Below, piece by piece: positions 55,977 through 64,000 of a DNA stretch of 64,000 nucleotides. Under the pieces are notes generated by a model. That model saw only the letters and a program-made list of their open reading frames with translations, was not told the origin of the DNA and ran no database searches. The stretch covers positions 1,989 through 65,988 of the forward strand of contig CAYJMN010000015.1 in NCBI GenBank assembly GCA_964371045.1, written 5' to 3'. The stretch's first letter is position 1. Every line of letters starts with the position of its first letter. The position numbers and the translations under genes are program-made. The DNA is from an uncultured Chromatiales bacterium (GTDB lineage Bacteria; Bacteroidota; Ignavibacteria; SZUA-365).

Positions 55977-58900
55977 ATGGGCGAGAACGTGGTGTATTCC
56001 GTTCTACTCTTCGAGGACGACGCGGATCATGCGAAGCTGACGACGGCTACGCTGACTGCGGACGCTCTCCGCGACTGGCGTGTCGTCAACGTCGACAGCC
56101 TCGCCGACGGTCTCGATATCCTGCGTGGCGAGCACTGGGACTGCGTACTGCTCGATCTGAATATCCGTGACAGCAACGGACTCGAGACGTTTCACGCGGT
56201 GGCGAACGTCTCCGGTAGCATCCCTGTCATCATTCACTCCGGCGTTCGCGACACCGAACTTGCTCTCGAGGCCGTCCGGGCGGGAGCGCAGGATTACATC
56301 ATCAAGGATGTCGGTTCACGCGAGCACCTGGTTCGCAGCATGCTCTATGCGATAGAGCGAAAGCAACTGCTTCTTGAACTCGAGCACGCACGCGACAGTC
56401 TGGAGAAGCACAATCGCGATCTTTCCGGGGCCCGCGAAGAACTCCGTCAGGAGCGCGATCTCTTCATCGCGGGGCCGGTGGTGGTGTTCAAACGTCACGC
56501 AGACGGCGATATGGGAGTGGTGTACGTATCGCGCAATGTGCTGCGCTTCGGATACCGGCCGGACGAATTCACCTCGGGTGCGCGCAGCTACGAATCGATC
56601 CTCCATCCCGATGATTTGGAGAGAGTCAACGCGACGATCCGGGAGCGTCTCCATTCCGGCGCCGGGATGATCGAGCAGGAATACCGCATCCTCGATGCCC
56701 TCGGCGAAACGGCCTGGCTGAACGATGTCACGCGCGTCACCGTCGATGCTGACGCGAACGCGCTGCTCCAATCCTATATCGTCGACATCAGCGCGCGCAG
56801 AAGGGTGGAACATAGCCTCAGCGCCACCGAACTAAGGCTCACTTCCATTCTGAGCGGCATCAATGAAGCGGTGTATGAAATTGATGGAGATGGGGTGCTC
56901 ACCTTTATTTCGCCTGTTGTCTCAAGACTTCTCGGTTACGAACCTGCGGAAATCACGGGCCGGCCTTTCGCGGATCTGATCGTCGAGGAACAGCGCGCCC
57001 ACATGCGCGAGATCCTGTTGGATCTCTCGCGCAAGCAGATGGAGCCCTGCGAATTCATGATGCGATCCAGGAACGGTGATATTCGTTTCGTCAATGTTTC
57101 CTGCGGAAGTCGGTTCGTGATTGGCGAGGACAGCCGTATCGTCGGGATTCTCTCTGACGTGACCGAACACCGGATGATGAGCAGCCTGGTTCACAGCGCG
57201 AGGGAGGAAACCCAGCAGTATCTTGACATCGCGGAAGTCGTGTTTCTGTCGCTCGATACGAACGGCATCGTAACGTTGATCAATAAAAAAGGTTGTGACA
57301 TCCTTGGATATTCAGAGCACCAGTTGATCGGGCGCGACTGGTTTGACATGTGCATCCCCGAGAATGACCGGGAGGCATTGCGCGGAACGATGCTGAAAGT
57401 GTTACAGGGGGGAGCGGATAACGCGGAGATCTATGAGAATCCTGTTCTGACCAGAACCGGCGAAGAGCGAACTATCCGTTGGCATAACTCAATGCTTCGG
57501 GATGCATCAGGTATGGTGACTGGAGTACTGAGTTCAGGCGAGGATGTCACGGAGCAGCGTGAGATAGAAGCGGCGATGCGCGGCTCCCGCGAACTCCTCG
57601 ACCTTGCACTCTGGGGTGGCGACCTCGGTGCATGGGAGTGGGATATCGCGAAGGACGCGGTGATCCTGAATGATCGGGCCGCGACTATGCTGGGCTATGA
57701 CGCCAGCAACCTCCCTTCCTACACGACCATGCGGCTTGAACTCGTTCCGCAGGAGGACGTCCACCGGCTCCAGTCGGAAATGGAACTCCACCTCGAAGGC
57801 AAAACGCCTTTTTATCAGGCCGAGACCTGGATGATCTGCAAGAATGGAGAATGGAAATGGGTGCTTGAACGCGGCAAGGTGGTGCAGAGATCAGGCAATG
57901 GATCGCCGCTTCGCGTAGCGGGTACCCTCCTTGATTTGACGGAACGAAAATATGCCGAGATCGCCATCGAGGATAGCGAAAAGAAGTTCCGTCTTCTCGC
58001 TGAAAACTCCTCTGACATCATTTGGACCAGTGACACCGATTGGAACCTGACATTCGTCAGCCCTAGCATAGAATACATCGCGGGGTACACAAGCGAGGAA
58101 TTTCTTGGCAGAAATATGCGCGAGTCGTATCTCGGGATCGATTTCGAGCAGCTTACCGAGGCCTTCGACATTCATCTCGCGGCGCTGCGAGAGGGAGAGA
58201 CCGTCGAGCGCAGCCTGCGTCTGGAGTTGCGTCTTCTGCGAAACAACGCCGAACCGCTTTGGGTCGAGGTCGTCGCGATACCGATTTTCGACCGTCTGGG
58301 AAAATTGCTGTCCATCCACGGAAATACACGCGACATTAACAAGCGGAAGATAACGCAGATCGCTCTGCAGGAGAGCGAGGAGAAATATCGTCTGCTCGTC
58401 GAGAATCAGACCGATCTGGTGGTGAAGATCGATCTTGACGGGCGTTTCCTCTTTGTCAGTCCGTCGTATTGTCGGACGTTCGGTAAAACGGAGGCCGAAC
58501 TCCTTAACAATACGTTCATCCCCGTCGTGCACGAAGAGGACCGCGCCTCGACGCTTGACGCGATGAAAACCATTCTCTTGCCGCCCCATGTCGCATACGT
58601 CGAGCAGCGGGCGTTGACTGTCGAGGGCTGGCGCTGGCTGGCCTGGTCCGAAACCGCGGTGATTGATGACAATGGTTCCATCACGGCGATTGTCGGACTG
58701 GGGCGTGACATCACGGAACGCAAGATGGCGGAATTCGCGCTTATCGACAGCGAAAAACGCCTGCGCACGGTTATTTCCAATCTTCCCGTCATTTTGTTTT
58801 CGCTCGACGCGTCCGGGGTGTTCACGCTTTCTGAAGGACGCGGCCTCGATGCGTTGGGACTACAGCCCGGGGAAGTCGTCGGCAAGCACGTTACCGAAAT

Positions 58901-60953
58901 CTACGGCGACAACGCGGTGGTTCTAAGCAATATCCGCGAGGTACTCAAGGGCGAGAGTCTCGCCTCCATCACGGAGGTGGAGGACAAACAATTCCAGACA
59001 TGGTATTCACCCATTTTCGACATGCATGGCGCCGTACAGCAGGTGATCGGTGTCGCAGTCGATATCACCGAGCGGGTGCGTACGCAGCGGGAGCTGGACC
59101 GTCACCGGAATCATCTCGAGGAACTCGTCGAGGCCCGCACGCTCGAACTCGAGCGCGCCAATGAACGCCTGCGGCGTTTCCGTTTCGCGCTCGACAGCGC
59201 GGCGGATAATCTTTATATCATCGATCCCGCCAATCTCACCATTGTGGATCTGAACGACAGCGCCGCCGCCGCGCTCGGCTACAGCCGCGAGGAATTGCTG
59301 ACCATGAGCCTGATCGACATCGTGCCGACCGGCGAAAGACAGAGCATCCTCTTCACTATAGCCGAGGTGCGCGAAGGACGACAATCCGCGGGCACCCTCG
59401 AGACGCACTTCCTTCGCAAGGCGGACAGTACGTTTTCCGCCGAAATGCTCATACGGGAGTTCAGCACCGAGGGCGCTTCGCTGCTGATCGCGACGGTGCG
59501 CGATATCACCAGACGAATCGAGGACGAACGCGCGCTTCGCGAATCGGAGGCCAAGTATCGTAATGTTCTGGAAAACGCGAGCGAGGGTATACTCGTCGTG
59601 CAGGACTTGTTGGTGAAGTTTTTCAACGACAAGGTTCTTGACCTGACGGGCCTTCCCGCCGAGAAACTTTCGAATTTGTCGATTCTTGAATTCATTCATC
59701 CGGAAGATTACAATATTATCCGAAAGTACTACGGTGCCCGTGTGCGAGGCGAGGCGGTACCGGATGGGTACAATGTGCGGATGTTCGACAGCAACGGGAC
59801 GATCAAATGGATGGAGGTACGCGACGTCGTCATAACCTGGGAGGGACAGCCGGCGACGCTCAGTTTTTTCAACGATATCACAGCCAAAAAGGAGAGCGAG
59901 GAGTACATTCATTTCCAGGCTTCGTTGCTCCGAATCGTCCGTAACTCCGTCATTGCTTTGGATGCCAACGGCCGCGTCATGTATTGGAATCTCTTCGCAG
60001 AGCAGATGTACGGATTGAAGGCGGAGGAAGTCATGGGCCGCAGGGCGGAGGAATTGCCGCCGTTTGGCAAGGTCTTCGCAGAGCAGGTGCTCCCACAGCT
60101 CCGCGCCAAGGGATCGTGGGAGGGAGAGGCCGAGCGTCGCAATAGCGACGGCGGAATTCTGCCCGTCGACTCGCGCTGGAACACGATCGAGATCGACGGC
60201 AAGATCCAGGGCTACGTCGGTGTCGGCATCGATCTCACCGACAGGAAAAAACTCGAACGAGAGCTTCTTCAATCCCAGAAACTGGCCTCGCTCGGTATTT
60301 TATCCGAAGGAATCGCGCACGAACTGCGGAATCCGCTCGGATATGCATCCTCCGCCGCGCAGCTGCTTCTGACGAAGAACGATCTTCCGGAGGCGCAGCG
60401 CAGGAAATACGGGGAAGTCATCTATAACGGGGTCGAGAAGGCGAATAAAATCATCGAAAATCTCCTTCTCATCGGCAAACCCAAAGGGCAGCTGATGAAG
60501 GCGAATATCGATCTCAGGGAGCCGATCGCCGAAGCGCAGTCGATGCTGTCCGCGCATCCGATGGCGGTCAATATCTCGCTCGACATCGATCTTCCCGCCG
60601 GGATGGCGGTGGTTTTCGGCAACAGAGAGATGCTGGTGCAGCTCTTCTACAATTTATTCACCAACGCTTTGAATGCTCTCAACGGCGAAGGTCTCCTGCG
60701 AGTCTGCGGAAGCCGACAGGGGGACGATATTCATATTCGCGTCAGCGATACCGGACCGGGCATACCCGAGGAGATCGCCGAGAGCATTTTCGATCCGTTC
60801 TTCACCGCATCCCGGAGCGACAAGGGGATTGGTCTGGGACTCACGCTCTGTTATTTCATCGTCGACGACCACGACGGCTCGATCGAGATCCTCTCCGACC
60901 AAATCGAGGGCGAAGAGGGTGCCGTTTTCCTCCTCACCTTCCCGGCAGTCTGA
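55977..60953 (+). CDS. Hybrid sensor histidine kinase: N-terminal REC, ten PAS/PAC domains, HisKA and HATPase
   Basis: LLFEDD...LLDLN (REC); ten PAC ends of DITER type; AHELRNPL, LFTNALNA, DTGPGIP, FDPFFT, GIGLGL. Confidence 0.93.
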   Translation: MGENVVYSVLLFEDDADHAKLTTATLTADALRDWRVVNVDSLADGLDILRGEHWDCVLLDLNIRDSNGLETFHAVANVSGSIPVIIHSGVRDTELALEAVRAGAQDYIIKDVGSREHLVRSMLYAIERKQLLLELEHARDSLEKHNRDLSGAREELRQERDLFIAGPVVVFKRHADGDMGVVYVSRNVLRFGYRPDEFTSGARSYESILHPDDLERVNATIRERLHSGAGMIEQEYRILDALGETAWLNDVTRVTVDADANALLQSYIVDISARRRVEHSLSATELRLTSILSGINEAVYEIDGDGVLTFISPVVSRLLGYEPAEITGRPFADLIVEEQRAHMREILLDLSRKQMEPCEFMMRSRNGDIRFVNVSCGSRFVIGEDSRIVGILSDVTEHRMMSSLVHSAREETQQYLDIAEVVFLSLDTNGIVTLINKKGCDILGYSEHQLIGRDWFDMCIPENDREALRGTMLKVLQGGADNAEIYENPVLTRTGEERTIRWHNSMLRDASGMVTGVLSSGEDVTEQREIEAAMRGSRELLDLALWGGDLGAWEWDIAKDAVILNDRAATMLGYDASNLPSYTTMRLELVPQEDVHRLQSEMELHLEGKTPFYQAETWMICKNGEWKWVLERGKVVQRSGNGSPLRVAGTLLDLTERKYAEIAIEDSEKKFRLLAENSSDIIWTSDTDWNLTFVSPSIEYIAGYTSEEFLGRNMRESYLGIDFEQLTEAFDIHLAALREGETVERSLRLELRLLRNNAEPLWVEVVAIPIFDRLGKLLSIHGNTRDINKRKITQIALQESEEKYRLLVENQTDLVVKIDLDGRFLFVSPSYCRTFGKTEAELLNNTFIPVVHEEDRASTLDAMKTILLPPHVAYVEQRALTVEGWRWLAWSETAVIDDNGSITAIVGLGRDITERKMAEFALIDSEKRLRTVISNLPVILFSLDASGVFTLSEGRGLDALGLQPGEVVGKHVTEIYGDNAVVLSNIREVLKGESLASITEVEDKQFQTWYSPIFDMHGAVQQVIGVAVDITERVRTQRELDRHRNHLEELVEARTLELERANERLRRFRFALDSAADNLYIIDPANLTIVDLNDSAAAALGYSREELLTMSLIDIVPTGERQSILFTIAEVREGRQSAGTLETHFLRKADSTFSAEMLIREFSTEGASLLIATVRDITRRIEDERALRESEAKYRNVLENASEGILVVQDLLVKFFNDKVLDLTGLPAEKLSNLSILEFIHPEDYNIIRKYYGARVRGEAVPDGYNVRMFDSNGTIKWMEVRDVVITWEGQPATLSFFNDITAKKESEEYIHFQASLLRIVRNSVIALDANGRVMYWNLFAEQMYGLKAEEVMGRRAEELPPFGKVFAEQVLPQLRAKGSWEGEAERRNSDGGILPVDSRWNTIEIDGKIQGYVGVGIDLTDRKKLERELLQSQKLASLGILSEGIAHELRNPLGYASSAAQLLLTKNDLPEAQRRKYGEVIYNGVEKANKIIENLLLIGKPKGQLMKANIDLREPIAEAQSMLSAHPMAVNISLDIDLPAGMAVVFGNREMLVQLFYNLFTNALNALNGEGLLRVCGSRQGDDIHIRVSDTGPGIPEEIAESIFDPFFTASRSDKGIGLGLTLCYFIVDDHDGSIEILSDQIEGEEGAVFLLTFPAV

Positions 60954-61629
60954 GGATTTTGGAGAGCGGATTTGGAGAGGAAACGAGGGAAATCAAAAAC
61001 ATTGTGGACCAGTGCACCCGTTGGTACGCAATGCTTTGCGCTGCGGAGATCCAGACCCTTCGTACACGCATGGATGCCGGCCCGGCGCATGCGCATCGAC
61101 GATTGATCATGTGCACCGATAATTCCTGAACGAACAAAACAGCGCCGCGGAATCTTCCTGATTGGACCACGCTCATCGATCTGATCCGAATGGATATCTG
61201 TCTGCATACGCTCCCTGAAGACGCATCGACAGGATGAAGCCCCGGAAACTCGAAAACGGGCTCGCGTATGTTGGTATGTACGCGTCATTGGGCCAAACTC
61301 GAGGGACGCGACGGGTTGCGTCCGCATACCGCGATTCCTCGCCCCGGCACCCAATCCCCAATCCGCAATCAGAACTTCCACACACCGCGAATTCTCGCGC
61401 TTGGCACATAAATGGGGAAATCATGAAACAGCGTGGGCTCCATCACAGATGGCACGGCAGAAAATAGGATGCAAGGTATCCGAATTGAAACCGGGCTGGT
61501 TTTTCGTTCCCCTCCTCTTGCCGCCATGTTCCCTATCCCGGTCACGGAAAGGCGTCCTGCAACCTGATCGATCGATCATCGGACATTCGCGAAAAAAAAC
61601 GTTTCCGGATTTTATTCAATCCACTCCCT

Positions 61630-61699
61630 ATGCAGTGCGATGCATAGGTGCGCAACGGGTTGCATATCAATCCGGTGCGAGAACGGCCGCGCACTGCAT
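61630..61699. promoter_or_regulatory. Candidate upstream activator sequence (inverted repeats)
   Basis: atgcagtgcg (61630-61639) and its exact reverse complement cgcactgcat (61690-61699), with nested tatgca/tgcata and gcaac/gttgc palindromes. Confidence 0.4.
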
Positions 61700-61764
61700 T
61701 GAGATACAGGATATACCATATCAACATTAATCAAATAGAGATCGCATAAAAAGTATAAGTGTCA

Positions 61765-61777
61765 TAACACATTGATA
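61765..61777 (-). promoter_or_regulatory. IHF consensus site
   Basis: The minus strand reads TATCAATGTGTTA, matching WATCAANNNNTTR, in an AT-rich tract. Confidence 0.45.
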
Positions 61778-61838
61778 AATAAGAAGATACAGCGAGTGTG
61801 CCGAAAGTCTAATCAAGAAGAGGTCTCAATAAAAAACT

Positions 61839-61854
61839 TTGGCATGGTTCGTGC
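61839..61854 (+). promoter_or_regulatory. Sigma-54 (-24/-12) promoter
   Basis: TTGGCATGGTTCGTGC has exact GG-N10-GC spacing, 50 bp upstream of the 61905 ATG (RBS GAGGAG at 61894-61899). Confidence 0.6.
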
Positions 61855-61904
61855 GGCTTGGTGGCCAGTTGAGCCTTTACACGAATCCATCTTGAGGAGT
61901 TACT

Positions 61905-63737
61905 ATGTCGACAACGAGACTTCGCGTATCATCCGCCTTGCTTGCAGCAGGGCTATTTGTTTTTCTTTTCGGGAGCAGTAACGCTTTCGCAGCCACCAAA
62001 ACGTGGACCGGCGGCAACAGTACCTGGGAGACAGCCGGGAACTGGAGTCCCAGCGGTGTCCCGGGCGCCGGAGATGACGTTGTCATCCCGGGTGGTCTCG
62101 GCGCCCAGATCAGTTACACTGGCGCCAAGTCGGTTTTGAGTATGTCTATCACCGGTACAGTGGTTCTGGTCAGCAACGATCTTATAACTGTGACTGGATC
62201 GCTCGTTGTCGGAAGCGCTTCAGGTTCCGCCGTCGGGACTTTGCTGCTTCAATATGTGAACAGCAGCGGCGGATTGATGCTCGATGTGAATGGTTCGCTC
62301 GTTATGCAGTATGCCGGATCCACCATTCAAAACTCACAGGTCGTCAATCGCGATATCACTATTCAGCTTGACGGTACCATGTTCATGGTGGATGTGACCT
62401 GTTATGTCGGAAACGTGGGAGGCGGAGCGAGCATCTTCACGACGATGAACAGCAGCAGTGCGCTGTTGAGCGCGGTACGTTTCGAGAGCGATCTCAATTT
62501 GCCCACCGGTCTGCTTCTCGGCAATAACGACCTTTATCTGGGTCTCTATGCGGATCTCTTCACCCCGAATGCATCCGAAGGTATTACCGGGAATTTCGTC
62601 GAGACCTCAGGCACCAATTCTACTCCCGCAGGTACATTGCGCAAACAGTTTTCCGCGGTTGGCGATGAATTCTATTTTCCTTTGGGTCCAGCCGGTGGAA
62701 GAATGAGCCCGATTACGTTTAAAGTGGTCTCTCCTACTCAACCCTCCGCTTTTTCCGGTGGCACTCCCTGGCCGCATATCTCCGTCCGCTGTGTGCTCAA
62801 CTCCGGCGGTCAAGGTGGACATCCCGAAAACCAGCAGCAGCAGAAAGTATGGGTGCATTGGCCGGTGCAAGGTTACGGCCTGGCCTGTCCTGGCATCCAC
62901 TGGGCGGGACTGATGAAGTTCCATAACGCGTATCGCAGTGGAAGTGCGAATGATCTCTTTTCAGCACGTTATACAGATAACTATGAGGATGTCGGCGCTG
63001 GAGGCGGCTGGGTCCTTACCGGCAGCGTGCAGGTGTTTAACACGACCGGTGATATTCGCTCCGTCCCGTTCGGACCCTGGCTCTCCCCCTACACAACACC
63101 CGGAATGCCTTGCTGGGGTGATTTCACCGTCGGTCAGGGAACTCAGGGCAGCGATCCCATCCCCGTCGAACTCACCTCCTTCGCCGCACGGTTCGTGCGC
63201 AACAATGTGCAGCTGAACTGGCAGACCGCCACCGAGCTGAATAATTACGGTTTCGCGATCGAGCGCTCGTTCGACGGCAGGCTCTGGGATGAGATCGACT
63301 TCGTGGAAGGCACAGGCAATTCCTTCAGCCCCAAGTCCTACACCTACACCGATATCCTCGACGACGAGTTGCGCCGCATTCCTCAGTTCGCGTATCGTCT
63401 GCGTCAGATCGATCGCGACGGGGCCACCGATTACTCGGATATCGTGTTCGTGAAAACGGGCGTTGCCCCGGTCAGTGTCGAGTTGTACAGCGCTTATCCT
63501 AATCCTTTCAATCCGAGCACTACGATCAGCTTTTCCGTCCGTGAGTCCATGCCCGTCACCATGAAGATATTCAACCTCTATGGTCAGGAAGTGGTCACCC
63601 TGCTTGAAAATGCTGAAACCGAGTCTGGGTTCCATACGGTCGGCTTCAACGGCGACAATCTTCCGAGCGGTTCCTATATGGTGGTGCTCAGTGCGGGCGG
63701 TACGCGCCAACAGCAGCGCCTGGTCTTGAACAAGTAA
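61905..63737 (+). CDS. T9SS-secreted protein (beta-helix/adhesin-like N-terminus, PVEL domain, CTD)
   Basis: Signal peptide; TWTGG...WETAGNWSPSGVPGAGDDVVIP; IPVELTSF...LNWQTATELNNYGF; AYPNPFNPSTTISF...GSYMVVL. Confidence 0.85.
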   Translation: MSTTRLRVSSALLAAGLFVFLFGSSNAFAATKTWTGGNSTWETAGNWSPSGVPGAGDDVVIPGGLGAQISYTGAKSVLSMSITGTVVLVSNDLITVTGSLVVGSASGSAVGTLLLQYVNSSGGLMLDVNGSLVMQYAGSTIQNSQVVNRDITIQLDGTMFMVDVTCYVGNVGGGASIFTTMNSSSALLSAVRFESDLNLPTGLLLGNNDLYLGLYADLFTPNASEGITGNFVETSGTNSTPAGTLRKQFSAVGDEFYFPLGPAGGRMSPITFKVVSPTQPSAFSGGTPWPHISVRCVLNSGGQGGHPENQQQQKVWVHWPVQGYGLACPGIHWAGLMKFHNAYRSGSANDLFSARYTDNYEDVGAGGGWVLTGSVQVFNTTGDIRSVPFGPWLSPYTTPGMPCWGDFTVGQGTQGSDPIPVELTSFAARFVRNNVQLNWQTATELNNYGFAIERSFDGRLWDEIDFVEGTGNSFSPKSYTYTDILDDELRRIPQFAYRLRQIDRDGATDYSDIVFVKTGVAPVSVELYSAYPNPFNPSTTISFSVRESMPVTMKIFNLYGQEVVTLLENAETESGFHTVGFNGDNLPSGSYMVVLSAGGTRQQQRLVLNK

Positions 63738-63752
63738 CATTCGACGAAACGG

Positions 63753-63784
63753 CTCCGGCCGGGGGGGCGGTCCCCCGGCCGGAG
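63753..63784. terminator. GC-rich hairpin after the 61905 gene
   Basis: ctccggccggggg / cccccggccggag 13-bp stem, with no U-tract on the plus strand. Confidence 0.45.
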
Positions 63785-63814
63785 AACCATAAAAGGATCG
63801 GAAGGTAGAAGAGC

Positions 63815-64000
63815 ATGTTCACGGATGCATACGAAAACAAGATCGATAAGCGAATTCGAGGAATGGAAATCCCGTTCTCATTTTCCAGAAGATCGTATCC
63901 CCTGAATCCCTGCGCGACGGTGACGTTCACGTTGGAGGAGACCCAGGAAATCACATTAAAAATTTACGACTCCTATGGTCGAGTGATTCATACGCTGTAC
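63815..64000 (+). CDS. Partial ORF consisting of a T9SS-CTD/FlgD-Ig-like domain, with no signal peptide
   Basis: Manual translation: MFTDAYENKIDKRIRGMEIPFSFSRRSYPLNPCATVTFTLEETQEITLKIYDSYGRVIHTLY..., open to the window end. Confidence 0.55.
   Translation, partial: MFTDAYENKIDKRIRGMEIPFSFSRRSYPLNPCATVTFTLEETQEITLKIYDSYGRVIHTLY

Noticed and set aside
60851-61381. 176-aa minus-strand ORF in the kinase-to-cargo intergenic region
   Set aside because: It overlaps the kinase 3' end, has atypical Arg/Ser/Cys-rich composition, and shows no motif.
61401-61462. Two further TGGCAC hexamers as sigma-54 promoters
   Set aside because: Neither has GC at the -12 position (GG and AA respectively).

Overview
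A GC-rich chromosomal segment, probably from a non-Bacteroidia member of the FCB group (Ignavibacteria/Kapabacteria-like). This placement is inferred from the many 'YPNPFNP'-type T9SS C-terminal sorting domains, strong Shine-Dalgarno sites and nuoG. Housekeeping and metabolic genes include scpA (partial), trpS, an HNH nuclease, a flippase, an epimerase, yjbQ, recD2, an M16 peptidase, an aminotransferase, an isolated nuoG-H-I block and hutH. There are eight complete T9SS cargo genes plus one partial, a TonB-dependent receptor, and an NtrC regulator with a 10-PAS kinase followed by a sigma-54 promoter layout. The most notable region is 6452-16834, an unannotated envelope locus. It has two tandem paralogous pairs that resemble the GldL/GldM (PorL/PorM) proton motor, two paralogous beta-barrel proteins, and a vWA-OmpA protein, with no gldK or gldN. 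Intergenic regions carry 7-9 nt periodic inverted-repeat elements and REP-like units, and two likely pseudogene remnants lie near 38-40 kb. I found no rRNA, tRNA, CRISPR array or transposase. All calls come from reading the sequence by eye; no searches were run.
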